DNA from: Barthelona sp. PCE
Taxonomy: Eukaryota
Direction of reading: 5' to 3'
Length of the DNA: 64,000 bases
NCBI GenBank assembly: GCA_040285745.1
Contig: JAUFOR010000008.1
Location: 1,116,001 to 1,180,000 of the forward strand
Shown here: positions 10,131 to 20,500 of the stretch, in pieces
How the letters are laid out: each line of letters starts with the position of its first letter
How positions within the stretch are numbered: the first letter of the stretch is position 1
The notes under the pieces: model-generated
Seen by the model: only the letters and a program-made list of their open reading frames with translations
Told to the model about the DNA's origin: nothing
Database searches by the model: none
Translations under genes and position numbers: made by a program

Positions 10131-10550
10131 ATGCCCGCCAAGTCTAAGAAGCGTTTAGCTAAATCTACCAAGATGCCCGCCAAGGCCAAGGCCTCTACCA
10201 CTGGTTCTGAAGCCAAGGCTACCACCAAGCGTCATAAGGCCCGTAAGGAAGTTTGGGATCGTTTCGTCTACCGTATCCTCAAGGCTACCAACGATAAGCT
10301 TGCTATCTCCACCAAGTCTATGACTATCATCAACTCTCTCATTGATGATATCTTCGAGCGTATCGCCGAGGAAGCCTCCAACCTTTGTAAGATGAACAAG
10401 CGTGCCACTCTCGGTTCCAGAGAAATCCAGACCGCCGTTCGTCTCGTCTTCCCCTCATATCTTGCCCGTCATGCCGTTACCGAAGGTACTCAGGCTGTCC
10501 GTAAGTTCTCCAACGTTGACGAGGAGGAAGAGGCAGAGGAGGAGGAGTAA
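10131..10550 (+). CDS. H2B: Histone H2B, divergent, with acidic C-terminal extension
   Basis: ISTKSMTIINSLIDDIFERIAEEAS, TLGSREIQTAVRL and LARHAVTEGTQAV histone-fold motifs; strongly biased codons. Confidence 0.96.
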   Translation: MPAKSKKRLAKSTKMPAKAKASTTGSEAKATTKRHKARKEVWDRFVYRILKATNDKLAISTKSMTIINSLIDDIFERIAEEASNLCKMNKRATLGSREIQTAVRLVFPSYLARHAVTEGTQAVRKFSNVDEEEEAEEEE

Positions 10551-11027
10551 TAATTCTTTCTCGATGAGAGGTTTACACTTCAAACAAACAGTGTTTAATC
10601 ATCTTATCAAACAAACAAATCTTAAATCAAAAAAAAACACACAAAAAACAAAAGGTGTTTATAAACACCAATTAATCCTAATAATTTTAATGACTAATTC
10701 ATTGTGTAAACGTATAGCAGTACTGTTAGAATAAAACCACTATTAAAAAACCAAAAGTGAAAAATTTATTACAGCAATTGGGAAGAAAGATGAGAATTGT
10801 AAAGCAAAAGAAGCAATCAACGGTCTTTAGGTAGAATCATTAAAATTATATGTTTAATCCACATATTACTTTGAATTTTTTTTTTCCTGCAGGTTTTTTT
10901 GCTCCAGCATTCTATCTATCTCCATGGCTTTGAATGGACGATTAGCAGTTTACACGAATGTGCCAAGTTGATATAAAAGAATGTTGGACATTTAGGATGT
11001 CAAAGTACTATCCAGCCACTCTATGAA

Positions 11028-11131
11028 AATCTTATTCAGCATCGTTTAATTTGGTCGCCTGCGCTTGTGTGGGGCGGGCGAGCTATTGTGGAGCAAAGCT
11101 CAGACCAATAGCACCGTACCGATGTGAGATT
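11028..11131 (+). ncRNA. Candidate Y-shaped structured RNA (ncRNA or 5'-leader element)
   Basis: Nested stems 11028-34/11125-31 and 11040-44/11120-24 enclose hairpins 11055-62/11074-81 and 11082-88/11106-12. GC-rich island; G-U pairs favour the plus strand. Confidence 0.35.
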
Positions 11132-11187
11132 GCAGTTTTCTATATCATATTCTGTTTTCATTTATTCCTTCCTTTTCTTGTGCAACC

Positions 11188-13713
11188 ATGGTTCAGCGAC
11201 TAAAATCAACGCTTTTTGTGGTTCTAGTACTGTTTTTTATTCCCACTTTTTGCGTAAATCTGTTTCCCCAACCCAAGCACGCAATGTTTTCCACTCAGCA
11301 GTACAACATCTCCAAAACAATCAAGCTGGTGGGTGACAATTTAAACGACGATGTTAAGAACGTATTTCTTTTTTATCGTTCTTTTATCGTTGGTTTTGAC
11401 GGGTTTTTTGAGAATGAGAATGTTGGTTTATCCAACGAATTAGAGGAAATTAGCGAAATTTTCCTTGATATCACATACCCTTCTCAGTATCCATTCTATA
11501 AGATCAACGAGTCATATTCCTTGACTGTCGCTGATCGCAAGATTAAGATCAAGTGCGAGTCTCTCTCTGGTATGATATATGCGTTCGAAACATTGTTACA
11601 GGTGCTTGAGGGAACTGAAGGACATCGTTACATATCTGAACTGTTTATATTTGATGAACCAGACTATCCATGGCGCGGGTTCAAGCTCGACCTGAGCTCC
11701 ACGTTCCATAATATGGATGAATTATTCTACTTTTTGGATCTCATGGCGCTTTCTCGTCTCAATGTTTTGCATTTACAAATCATGGGTGCAAACTTTGGTA
11801 TTTGTTATGGTGGTCAAGAGAAACAGTGCTTTGATGACGACAGCGTCAGGAAAATTGTTGACTACGCTGCTTTAAGAGGTGTTCGTGTGTTACCTGAATT
11901 TACAGGAGCGATGGACAGCAAGGCTTTCATGCAGTTGTCAGACGACTGGGTCGTTAACTGCTCGGCTTCAGAGCTTGATTTTGAAGGATATACACTATCG
12001 CCTGCACATAAAGATCTGAACAAAGGTATTTCTTCATACATCGACGCGATTACTGGTTATGATCTCTTTCACGACAATTTCGCGCTCGTTAATGCGCGTA
12101 TGGAATCTGAAGTGTTCACATGCTTCAATAATTCGAAGGTGATAAAAGATTGGCTCGGCACCCACGATTTGGATTACGCCTACTCTACCCTGGTTGGCGC
12201 ATTTGTGACACATCTTTCAAGCCTCAAGAACGTTGTGTTCAACAGTCAAATGCTCTCTTACATCAGCAATAAGGAGTACATGGTTGTAATGCCAGAAAAA
12301 ATTCCAGTGATGGTAAATCAGGCTGCTTCAGTCATGGGCGTGCTCAACGTCGATGACCCGATCCAGAACATCTTTGACCTTGATCTGCGCGCTGGCGTTC
12401 CAGAACTCAAGCACTCATCCGTCATTGGTGGTGTAGCTCAGCTTCCATATAAGGATGAGGATCTCGCTATTGCGGGTTACTCTCTTTTCCTTCGGGTCGC
12501 CCCCAAGATCATTGCGCTTGGTGGGCGCCTGTGGCAGACGGAGACAACGGACATTGGGAGCTTTGTCGGTAGTCTTAACGAGCTCGTGTGTAAGTTGGCG
12601 ACGGAGCGCAACTGGGGAATCTCAACACTTGGGCCAAACTACTGCCCAGCAATCAACGACCCCAAGGATGCCCCAGTTCTACTGCTGACGAATCCATCAC
12701 ACGGACAGTGTATGGGAGATGACGTAACGATCACCGGCACGAATTTCATCTCAATTCCGTCGCAGATTCCACCACTGCTCCCGCGTGTTGAATTCGTGAT
12801 GCCTAATGGAGAGCGCAAGGAGTGCAGAGATACAAAATGGGTTAACGGATTTACGCTTAACTGTACCAGCCCAGTCTCCGACAGGTTGGGCATGGCGGAG
12901 ATCGAAGTTATCGTCGAGGGAAGAACGCGCATGTTGCCATCGCACTACCTCAATTTCGAGTACCGCGCGTACGACACACCAGCAGTTACTGACGTTTTCC
13001 CAGCGCAGTTCACACTGGCACGTGGAACTCGCAAGCGTATCACAGTAGTTTCAGATTTTTACCGTAATTACCCAACGTACATAGAGGTGTATAACAACCA
13101 ACAGAGCGTAAATTGCACGAATTTGGAAGGTGTAACTAAGCAAACTATCAAGTGCTACGTCGAAGGCCTGGAGGTTGGCGACTACAATGTACAGATGGTT
13201 TTTGGTAACAACCACACAACACCCTTCCCCATCAAGATCGTTCCGTTTCCAACTCCCGTCGTCACATACACATGTCCTCAACACTTTAATCTTAACATCC
13301 AGAATATTTTCTCATTGGACCTTTACGGTCGCTATCTGTGCGCTGGCGTGAGCACTGCTGCCATCCCTCAGGTATTCATCGACGACAAAGAGTGCAAGAA
13401 CACAACAATTGCGGGGTCGGTTGTGCCAGCAAACGGTGATTGTCATTTTTTGAGTTGCTCTGTCAACTTCGCAAGCCTCCCCCTTGGTGCGCATAACATC
13501 TCCTTACATTATCCGGACAGGAGCGTCCAGGTGTACCGCATGATGTCCCGCACAGTTGAGACGGATTTCCGCGTGCCGTGGCAGTACATGTTCTTACTTG
13601 CCATCATCCTTGCCTCGTCCCTGTCTGTGTGCATTCTGTGCTGTCAGAAGTCGAAGAACCCTGCGTGGATGAAGTATCGTGCACCAAAGCATACGCAGTA
13701 CACAAGACTCTAG
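11188..13713 (+). CDS. Type-I membrane protein: GH20 beta-hexosaminidase-like domain (catalytic motif degenerate), IPT/TIG-like repeats, C-terminal TM helix
   Basis: Signal peptide; LFPQP, NESYSL, YAFETLLQ, DEPDYPWRGFKLD, YAALRGVRVLPE; VTITGTNF, PAVTDVFP, PVVTYTCP TIG-like segments; TM YMFLLAIILASSLSVCILCC. Confidence 0.85.
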   Translation: MVQRLKSTLFVVLVLFFIPTFCVNLFPQPKHAMFSTQQYNISKTIKLVGDNLNDDVKNVFLFYRSFIVGFDGFFENENVGLSNELEEISEIFLDITYPSQYPFYKINESYSLTVADRKIKIKCESLSGMIYAFETLLQVLEGTEGHRYISELFIFDEPDYPWRGFKLDLSSTFHNMDELFYFLDLMALSRLNVLHLQIMGANFGICYGGQEKQCFDDDSVRKIVDYAALRGVRVLPEFTGAMDSKAFMQLSDDWVVNCSASELDFEGYTLSPAHKDLNKGISSYIDAITGYDLFHDNFALVNARMESEVFTCFNNSKVIKDWLGTHDLDYAYSTLVGAFVTHLSSLKNVVFNSQMLSYISNKEYMVVMPEKIPVMVNQAASVMGVLNVDDPIQNIFDLDLRAGVPELKHSSVIGGVAQLPYKDEDLAIAGYSLFLRVAPKIIALGGRLWQTETTDIGSFVGSLNELVCKLATERNWGISTLGPNYCPAINDPKDAPVLLLTNPSHGQCMGDDVTITGTNFISIPSQIPPLLPRVEFVMPNGERKECRDTKWVNGFTLNCTSPVSDRLGMAEIEVIVEGRTRMLPSHYLNFEYRAYDTPAVTDVFPAQFTLARGTRKRITVVSDFYRNYPTYIEVYNNQQSVNCTNLEGVTKQTIKCYVEGLEVGDYNVQMVFGNNHTTPFPIKIVPFPTPVVTYTCPQHFNLNIQNIFSLDLYGRYLCAGVSTAAIPQVFIDDKECKNTTIAGSVVPANGDCHFLSCSVNFASLPLGAHNISLHYPDRSVQVYRMMSRTVETDFRVPWQYMFLLAIILASSLSVCILCCQKSKNPAWMKYRAPKHTQYTRL

Positions 13714-13717
13714 TTTT

Positions 13718-15211
13718 TTATTTCTTGCTGAAGCGATCCCGAACAAGTGGCGGGACCCACACCAGTTTATCGGCTTCGATGTGAATGTGGTATCTGTTTT
13801 CGCGCTCATCATACTTTGCGATGATGTTCTGAGGTATAACTACATTACTCTGATTTTGGAACCCGTTCTTCTCTAGTAAAATTTTAATTAGAGTCCTTGC
13901 TGTACCTGTTCTTCGCGCAATGTCATCAATGCTGATGTTCTCTCCTCTCTTTGCAGCTTGGATAAGCACATGGCTCAGTCTGTGTTGCCAGAAGTGGAAA
14001 TATGAACGGTGTCCGAAGACACTAAGTGGTACTTCAGGTGATCCGACACGGCCCTCGAGGCGAGAGAGCAGAAATTCCATTTCCATCAGGAGTCGGCCGT
14101 AGCCCCTGTCAAAGAACTGGGGAAGAACCATAATACACGCTAGGTTATAGAAGCTCTTATACGACTTCTCCTTTGAGAAATAGCCGACGATATTATAAAG
14201 CCCATTGTGATGATGACAAAGAACGTAGTATAGGAAACAGTTGGGGTTGCAACCGAGCGTCTTGGCATCAATGAATGATTTCCCCAGATAACAAATGTTC
14301 ATGGCGAAATCGACTTCTACACTGCCATCCACCTCAAAGAATGAAAGGTCTCCGTCCCTGTAAATCTCATTGCCAGGCGGGGCGCATATATTGCACTTCT
14401 TCATGTGCCGCCTATACTGGAACTCTGTCCTCAGAAAGGTCAGACAGCGATGACAGCAGTATATTGTTACGACGTGTTTAAAGTTTCCAGGAAGGTTCGT
14501 AGGGTAGAAGATCGGAAGCAGGTGTCCGTTGTAGTATATCTCCTTGTTATACTTGATACGTGCATATATCTCATCATTCATCGCCATTCTGGCGTTTATG
14601 TTCGTCTCGATTGGCTGTAACGTCGACTGAATGTGCCACTCATCGAATGGACTCAACAAAGCCTGGTAGTGCACGTAGTATACTGGTCCTATGTCTTGGA
14701 AATTTGCCACAGTCTTGATATATGCAATGATGAACTCTTCATCTTCTTCCTCAACTTTTTGCATCTTTGCAGAAGGCTCCCCACTCTGTAGGGCGTTCTC
14801 GCGCTTTTTTCTGTTGTGGTCAAGGAAATCTTGGGGGCAGCGCGCCTTAACATAGGATCCCGAACAGATATAGAGATCTTTTAGTGTATAGTTGCTTTTT
14901 GTGAAACGGGGCACGCCTGGGAACTCTAAAGTGTATAGATATGAGTTTCTGTGCTTTTTGAATCCCGTAACTACAGCTATAATACGAGTTTGAGCATCAA
15001 CTGTCATATATGGAACGGCTTGTTTCTTTTTCTTGGTTGATGAGCTCTGCCCATGCGCCTTGGAGCTGATAAGTTCACTACGAAGTGGATCTTCGTTGCG
15101 AACACTTACTAAACAGTTGATTGAGAAAAAAGGTTCAGGCCCGTTGTCCACTGGTATAAATCCCAATGGAGGCTGTGCCCGATTGGAAGGTGCCTTCCTT
15201 TTAGATGGCAT
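13718..15211 (-). CDS. MYST-family histone acetyltransferase (Esa1/Tip60/MOF-like) with tudor-knot/chromo-barrel
   Basis: YYVHY...FDEW, C2HC finger, PPGNEIYR, FFEVDG, VGYFSKEK, YNLACIMVLP, RGYGRLL, GSPEVPLS. Likely ATG 15211. Confidence 0.95.
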   Translation of the reverse strand: MPSKRKAPSNRAQPPLGFIPVDNGPEPFFSINCLVSVRNEDPLRSELISSKAHGQSSSTKKKKQAVPYMTVDAQTRIIAVVTGFKKHRNSYLYTLEFPGVPRFTKSNYTLKDLYICSGSYVKARCPQDFLDHNRKKRENALQSGEPSAKMQKVEEEDEEFIIAYIKTVANFQDIGPVYYVHYQALLSPFDEWHIQSTLQPIETNINARMAMNDEIYARIKYNKEIYYNGHLLPIFYPTNLPGNFKHVVTIYCCHRCLTFLRTEFQYRRHMKKCNICAPPGNEIYRDGDLSFFEVDGSVEVDFAMNICYLGKSFIDAKTLGCNPNCFLYYVLCHHHNGLYNIVGYFSKEKSYKSFYNLACIMVLPQFFDRGYGRLLMEMEFLLSRLEGRVGSPEVPLSVFGHRSYFHFWQHRLSHVLIQAAKRGENISIDDIARRTGTARTLIKILLEKNGFQNQSNVVIPQNIIAKYDERENRYHIHIEADKLVWVPPLVRDRFSKK

Positions 15212-15272
15212 GTTTGATAAAAACAATGAATTTGTTAAAACAAATCACTACCTTTTCTTTACTGTACCATTA

Positions 15273-15704
15273 ATGTCAATATCGCCCACAAACCCAGCGT
15301 TGAATCAGGTGGATCTGCGAGATTTGAGCCCGCGTTCAAAATCGTTGGCAGATGAAGGTATTTGGGCTGTTGCTGAAGAAATTTTGAATGAACTTGGGCT
15401 ACTTCAGGCAAATGAGGGATCAGCAGATGCGCAAGACATATTCAATCAGTTAGAACCCGATTTCCATGAATTAAAATGTTTGCTTTCACTGCATAAGCTT
15501 AATCAAGCGGCTGAAATTGGCCAGATACAGACACTCGCGGCACTTCAGCTGGAACGCAACCATTATTTAAGTATCTTAAGATCTGTTGAGAAGCTTTTAT
15601 CAAGCGGAAAGCTTGATCTATCCCAAACAGAGGAGGATGAACTATTCCAAACAATATACAGCGAAAGTTACAACTTCCACCTAACAGAAACACTTGAAAA
15701 ATGA
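15273..15704 (+). CDS. Small protein with EB1 C-terminal (EBH)-like motif and no CH domain
   Basis: LQLERNHYLSILRSVEKLL...LFQTIYSESYNF parallels EB1 LEKERDFYFGKLRNIE...ILYATDEGF. ATG 15273; the upstream part of the tracked ORF is antisense to MYST. Confidence 0.55.
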   Translation: MSISPTNPALNQVDLRDLSPRSKSLADEGIWAVAEEILNELGLLQANEGSADAQDIFNQLEPDFHELKCLLSLHKLNQAAEIGQIQTLAALQLERNHYLSILRSVEKLLSSGKLDLSQTEEDELFQTIYSESYNFHLTETLEK

Positions 15705-15728
15705 ATCGACATCTGTACTTTTACATTT

Positions 15729-16679
15729 CTAATAATCATGGTAATGAATACGCTTTTTTTCATCAAGGAAGTTTCTGATCTCCTGCAAGACAGGGTGAGG
15801 GAGAGAGATGAAATCTAACTGAGCATTATTGTCCTGATTAGACTTCTTCTTCACTTCCAATAAGAATTGTCTGAGATCTGTAGTAAAGGGGCATGATTCA
15901 TTTGAATAGTGCTCCTTGACCTCCTGGAAGAGCTTTTTAACACGTTCGCTATCCCACCCAACTACAGGAGGAGCCTGTTGTTCAGTCTTATTTTCAATTT
16001 CAATGCACTCTTCAAAGTATTCCTTCATCTTAAGAACTTCAGCATTCAGCATATGGTTTGTCTGTGTTGCTAAAATAAAGTTGTTAATGAGTAAAGTGGT
16101 GTCATCCACAAATGATTGCCAGTTCTTGTAGTTGGCAAGCTGGATGTTCTCACCAATGTCGATTGTTGTGATTGGCTTCTGAACAATGGTGTAGAAGTTG
16201 GGCATGTTGTCGCGCTGTTCATCAATTTCGCTTTGCATCAAGGGTCCAACGATTGGGAACTTAACAACCAAGCTGCTCAACAGATTGTTCGCCTTTTCAG
16301 CCCAGGGAAGCGGAGGCTTCTTCCTACTCCTTTGGCGAGGTACATAACTGCTATCTTCAGGTAAAAACAGCTTTGTGTTTGTACGAAGAGTTGTAAGCAT
16401 GCGTTTGTAAGCAACCAGTTCGTCTACCTGTTGTGCGTGGTCCAAATCTTCCCAGCCCTCTCTAAGTCTAGGATGAATGGCGTTGGGATACTCAACTTTG
16501 TCGAGGATGTGTGGAAACATCTGTCTCAATCTCTCAATCTCCTCCGGAGGGTGAACTGACTTAACAAGGTCTGCGGGAGTAATGGCCTGCATCTTGCGAG
16601 TTGGTGAAGTTGATGATTCAGGCATATGCTGTACGTTTGAGGATGTACGTTGTCTTTCCGTAATATCTGCAGGCTCCAT
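15729..16679 (-). CDS. Bromodomain plus ET-like domain protein (BET/GTE-like), divergent
   Basis: MPNFYTIVQKPITTIDI...NYKNWQSFVDDTTLLINN bromodomain; LDFISLPHPVLQEIRNFL ET-like end. Confidence 0.75.
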   Translation of the reverse strand: MEPADITERQRTSSNVQHMPESSTSPTRKMQAITPADLVKSVHPPEEIERLRQMFPHILDKVEYPNAIHPRLREGWEDLDHAQQVDELVAYKRMLTTLRTNTKLFLPEDSSYVPRQRSRKKPPLPWAEKANNLLSSLVVKFPIVGPLMQSEIDEQRDNMPNFYTIVQKPITTIDIGENIQLANYKNWQSFVDDTTLLINNFILATQTNHMLNAEVLKMKEYFEECIEIENKTEQQAPPVVGWDSERVKKLFQEVKEHYSNESCPFTTDLRQFLLEVKKKSNQDNNAQLDFISLPHPVLQEIRNFLDEKKRIHYHDY

Positions 16680-16991
16680 TTTGCGATTAAGTGAACAAAA
16701 ATAAGCTTCGTAACGTAGAAAAGGAGGATAAAGTGACTTATGAGAAATGCCTTGATATTAGGTTCTTATTCTTACTTTTGAAGGTGAAGACACTGTAGTT
16801 GCGCTGTGCAACGCATTTGACATGTGAGAAACAATTTTTACTCAAGGTTATTTAACTAAACAATTTTTTATGTATGTACGAGTGTTATAGCAATATTTTA
16901 ATTTGTTGCTTAGTAGTAATTCAATTTTTACTTACCTATGATCGCTTGTTATACCTTAAAAAATTGTTAACAAAGAGTTATAGTGTTTTAT

Positions 16992-17312
16992 TTAGTTTGT
17001 AAGTTCACTTACCTTCCAATCTTCGTATTCTCCGTTTGGCAAATATCGCCTAATAACCATAGGAATAACGCTCTGCTGTAATTCTAACTCGGCAACCTTT
17101 AAGGGATCAAAAAACTCCCCCGAAGGTGTAGTGTACTCAACCAGAATTGGAGCACCCATTGAAATTTGAAGCGCACGAGTACCTAGCACTCTAGATTTCT
17201 CGTACTTTGTCAGATTTGGAGTTGTGATTCGCTTGTCTTCTTCGACAGTTTCCATCTGTTGGTTTGATTCCTGCTCAGGTAGCAAGTCAATGATACTTGT
17301 TTCATATGACAT
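16992..17312 (-). CDS. RPB6: RNA polymerase I/II/III shared subunit RPABC2
   Basis: [28 protein letters not shown] and [13 protein letters not shown]. Confidence 0.98.
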   Translation of the reverse strand: MSYETSIIDLLPEQESNQQMETVEEDKRITTPNLTKYEKSRVLGTRALQISMGAPILVEYTTPSGEFFDPLKVAELELQQSVIPMVIRRYLPNGEYEDWKVSELTN

Positions 17313-17520
17313 TTTGTGTAAAAAATTGACCCTAATAACTTAATAAGAATGAAAAAACAAATACAAGGTTATTATTAATGTTTTGCTCAACAGATACACG
17401 TGTTCCCACTATAGAGGAGCGCAACAATTAAAAGTTTGAGAACAGAGCTTTCCTCTCCATTCATTTTTAGTAACCACGTTTTCATCTAACGCTGTGGAGG
17501 AATATTTGAATAAATGTTTA

Positions 17521-20500
17521 CTAAAGTGTATTGGTGGGGTTAGGGTTGGGTGAGGGAGTGGGTAATCCAAGAACCATGCGACGAAGACGAGCAGCCTCTT
17601 GAGGCCCGGTTCTGTCTACGAGCGAAGAAAAGCTACTGCTTTCATCGGCTAGAAGAGTGGCAGGGTTGTCATACTCAACCTTCCTACCTTCATCAAGCAG
17701 CAACACGCGGTCGTAATCAATGATTGTATGAAGTCTGTGCGCGATAGTGCATATTGTAAAGTCCTTAAACTCTTCTCTAATGACGCGCTGGAGTTTAGAA
17801 TCAGTTGCTGCATCAAGAGAGGACGAACACTCATCCAAAATGAGGATTCTCTTTGATTTGTCCAACAAGACTCTGGTGAGACATATGAGCTGACGGATAC
17901 CACTGGAAAGGTTACCACCGCTTTCAGAGATGGGTTGGTCGAGGTCAACGTTGATGAGATCTGCAAGCCCGATTTTATCGACAGCCTCTGAGATCTCTTC
18001 ATCCGTGTACATGCCAAAGTAGTCGATGTTCTTGCGCAACGTGCCCTCAAACAGCGAAGGGTTCTGGGGAACTGCTGCCATGATACGACGAAGATGACCG
18101 ATACCGATACTATCGGTTTTGACACCACTGATGACGATATCTCCACTTACATCAGTGATAAGTCGGAATAAAACATTGAATATAGTTGTTTTACCAGATC
18201 CCGTGGTACCGACAATAGCAACTCTCTCTTTGTCATTGATGGTAAACGACAAATCCTTTAGCACATCCTCAAGGTCCTGACGATATCGCGCTGAGACGTT
18301 ATCAAAGACAATGTCTGAAGTGAGAGGCCAGTTGACTGGTGGCTTGGGATCCTTGAAGTCTGGCTCGAGTGGAATGTTATTGGTATAATGATAGATACGC
18401 TCGATACACGCCATTGCAGCCTCTAACTCAGAGAACATAATGAGGGCGAAACCGAGCATTACAATAAGTCCCTGAGAGTTTGAAAGGGCAACTCCAGCCC
18501 AACTTGCGCTGATATTAAAGAAGGCAATGACCAAAGCGACACAAGCAAAGATAATGGCACCAATGAACGTGAAACGAGAAGATATCCATGAGGAACAACC
18601 TTGCTGGTAGATTGCAGCACGGGAGTATCTGTTCATGAGGAAACCCATGTGATCGAGATACTGATCTTCAAAGTCACCGATCTGAATGATCCCCATTCCA
18701 TCGATTGTTTCATTAAGATGCGAGAGCATAGGGGACTTTGAGATCGAAACTAATCTTCTTAAGTCACGTGCAACAACACGATAATAGCTTGCGTACCACA
18801 GGAGAATAAATACAATCGGAATAACCAACAATAAGATGATGGGGAGTGCACTAATAATAACTGCGATGTTGACAATAAGGCGGACAATCATAAGGACAAA
18901 AAAGAGCATGGCAATCTGAAGTGTTGTATCGAGACTGAGAACATCACCAGAGAACCTGTTAATGATTCGTCCAACAGGCGTATTACTGAAAAAGCTGTAT
19001 GTAGCGGTGAGGACAGAACGCAACAGGCTACGGTGGAGCTTTCCAGCAGATCTTACACCGGCACGAGCAGTAGCGTCTTGGAAGATATATAACAGCAGAA
19101 CAGAAGCCATAGATAGACCACCGAAGAGCCAGATATAGTACCATGGGTCTCCCATAGGATCCTCTGTCCACCAAACGAGAGAGAAATTGCTGAGAATAGA
19201 TGTTGTCATGTAAGTGCCAACAATAACTACAATCCAGAACCAAAACCAAAATGAGCCAAAGCCGCCAAGATATGCCTTCCAAACAGCACCGGAAACAGCA
19301 CCCTCCATTTTCTCTTCAGCAGATGTCATCTTGTTAGCATCAAACTCAATAAGAACCTTACTGTCATCGCGCTCGACGCGGACATCACCATCACTTTTGA
19401 TGGATGCGAGGATGGAAGTTGCCTTTGTCGGGTTGTCAACGTCCCAGGTGATGGGACGCTCGAGCATCGGGAGCAACTCTCTTTCTACAGGTGTTGCCTC
19501 TCTCTCGGTGTTTTCTTCACCTTCATCTTCGTCATTCTCCTGCAACAGGAGGCGGAATTCATCGTTCTCCATTAGTTCAGTAAATGATCCCTCTGCCTCG
19601 ATACTACCTTCCTTCAACACCACAATTCGATCACAAAATTCAAGCGCATAGACATGATGGGTGGCTAAAACACAACCGCGCTTCATCTCCTTTAGATATT
19701 CAAAGGCATGGACGCGGAGGTGTTCACCGACACGTGCATCAACTGCACTGAGATAATCATCAATGAGAAGGAGACAGTTTTCATCAGCAGGCTTCATCAT
19801 TGACCAGTAGAGTGCACGAGCAAGTGCAACACGGGCCTTTTGACCACCTGAAATACCAACACCTTTGTCACCAATCTCAACAAGATCACCGCTTGTTTTG
19901 TCGTCAGGGGCGAGCTGTGAGAAATCGGCACTGAGTGCAGCACGACGGACAGCTTCATCGTAACGTGATTTGTCGAGGGGAAGACCGAATAGGATATTGT
20001 CCCTGATTGACGCATTAACAATGTACGGTGTCTGAGGTGCAATCATAGTGTTTGCGCATCTGCTGAAACTTCCATCCTTCAGGGTCATATTTCCAATCAC
20101 AGCACTGAGTAAAGACGACTTTCCCTGTGCTGACCGGGATACAATACCAACGAATTCACCTCTTCTAACAGTGAGGTTGATGTTTTTCAGTGAGAATGGT
20201 TCCAAATCCATGACTAAGACATCGTCAAGCTCGTCCTCGGATTCAACGGCGCTCTTGCCACAACATCCGCGTTTCTTAGACATCTGTGCGATGACATCAT
20301 CCATAGTCTCTCCGATGTTGTCAGGGAGAGATTCGTACTGGAAGGAGGCATCCTTGATGTCAAGAACGAGATCATCATCAGGCAGCAATGCGGCAGAAAC
20401 ATCCTCACGCTTAGCGGCGCAGACAAGCTTCTTCATACGAAGACCGGCGACCTTTGCGTTGATGAGCATTTCGATGATACGACTGTAACCCTGTAGAGGC

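Noticed and set aside
11028-11131. TPP riboswitch, hammerhead, SRP, tRNA or U3 identity for the structured island
   Set aside because: The required conserved cores are missing or out of order; kept only as an unassigned candidate.
16930-16937. ACTTACCT as a U1 snRNA 5' end, or AG/GTAAGT donor on the minus strand
   Set aside because: No U1 stem-loops or Sm site follow, and no exon needs the donor.
17536-17562. Telomere-like/G-quadruplex run GGGGTTAGGGTTGGGTGAGGG
   Set aside because: Explained by proline codons of the ABCC C-terminal PTPSPNPNP on the opposite strand.
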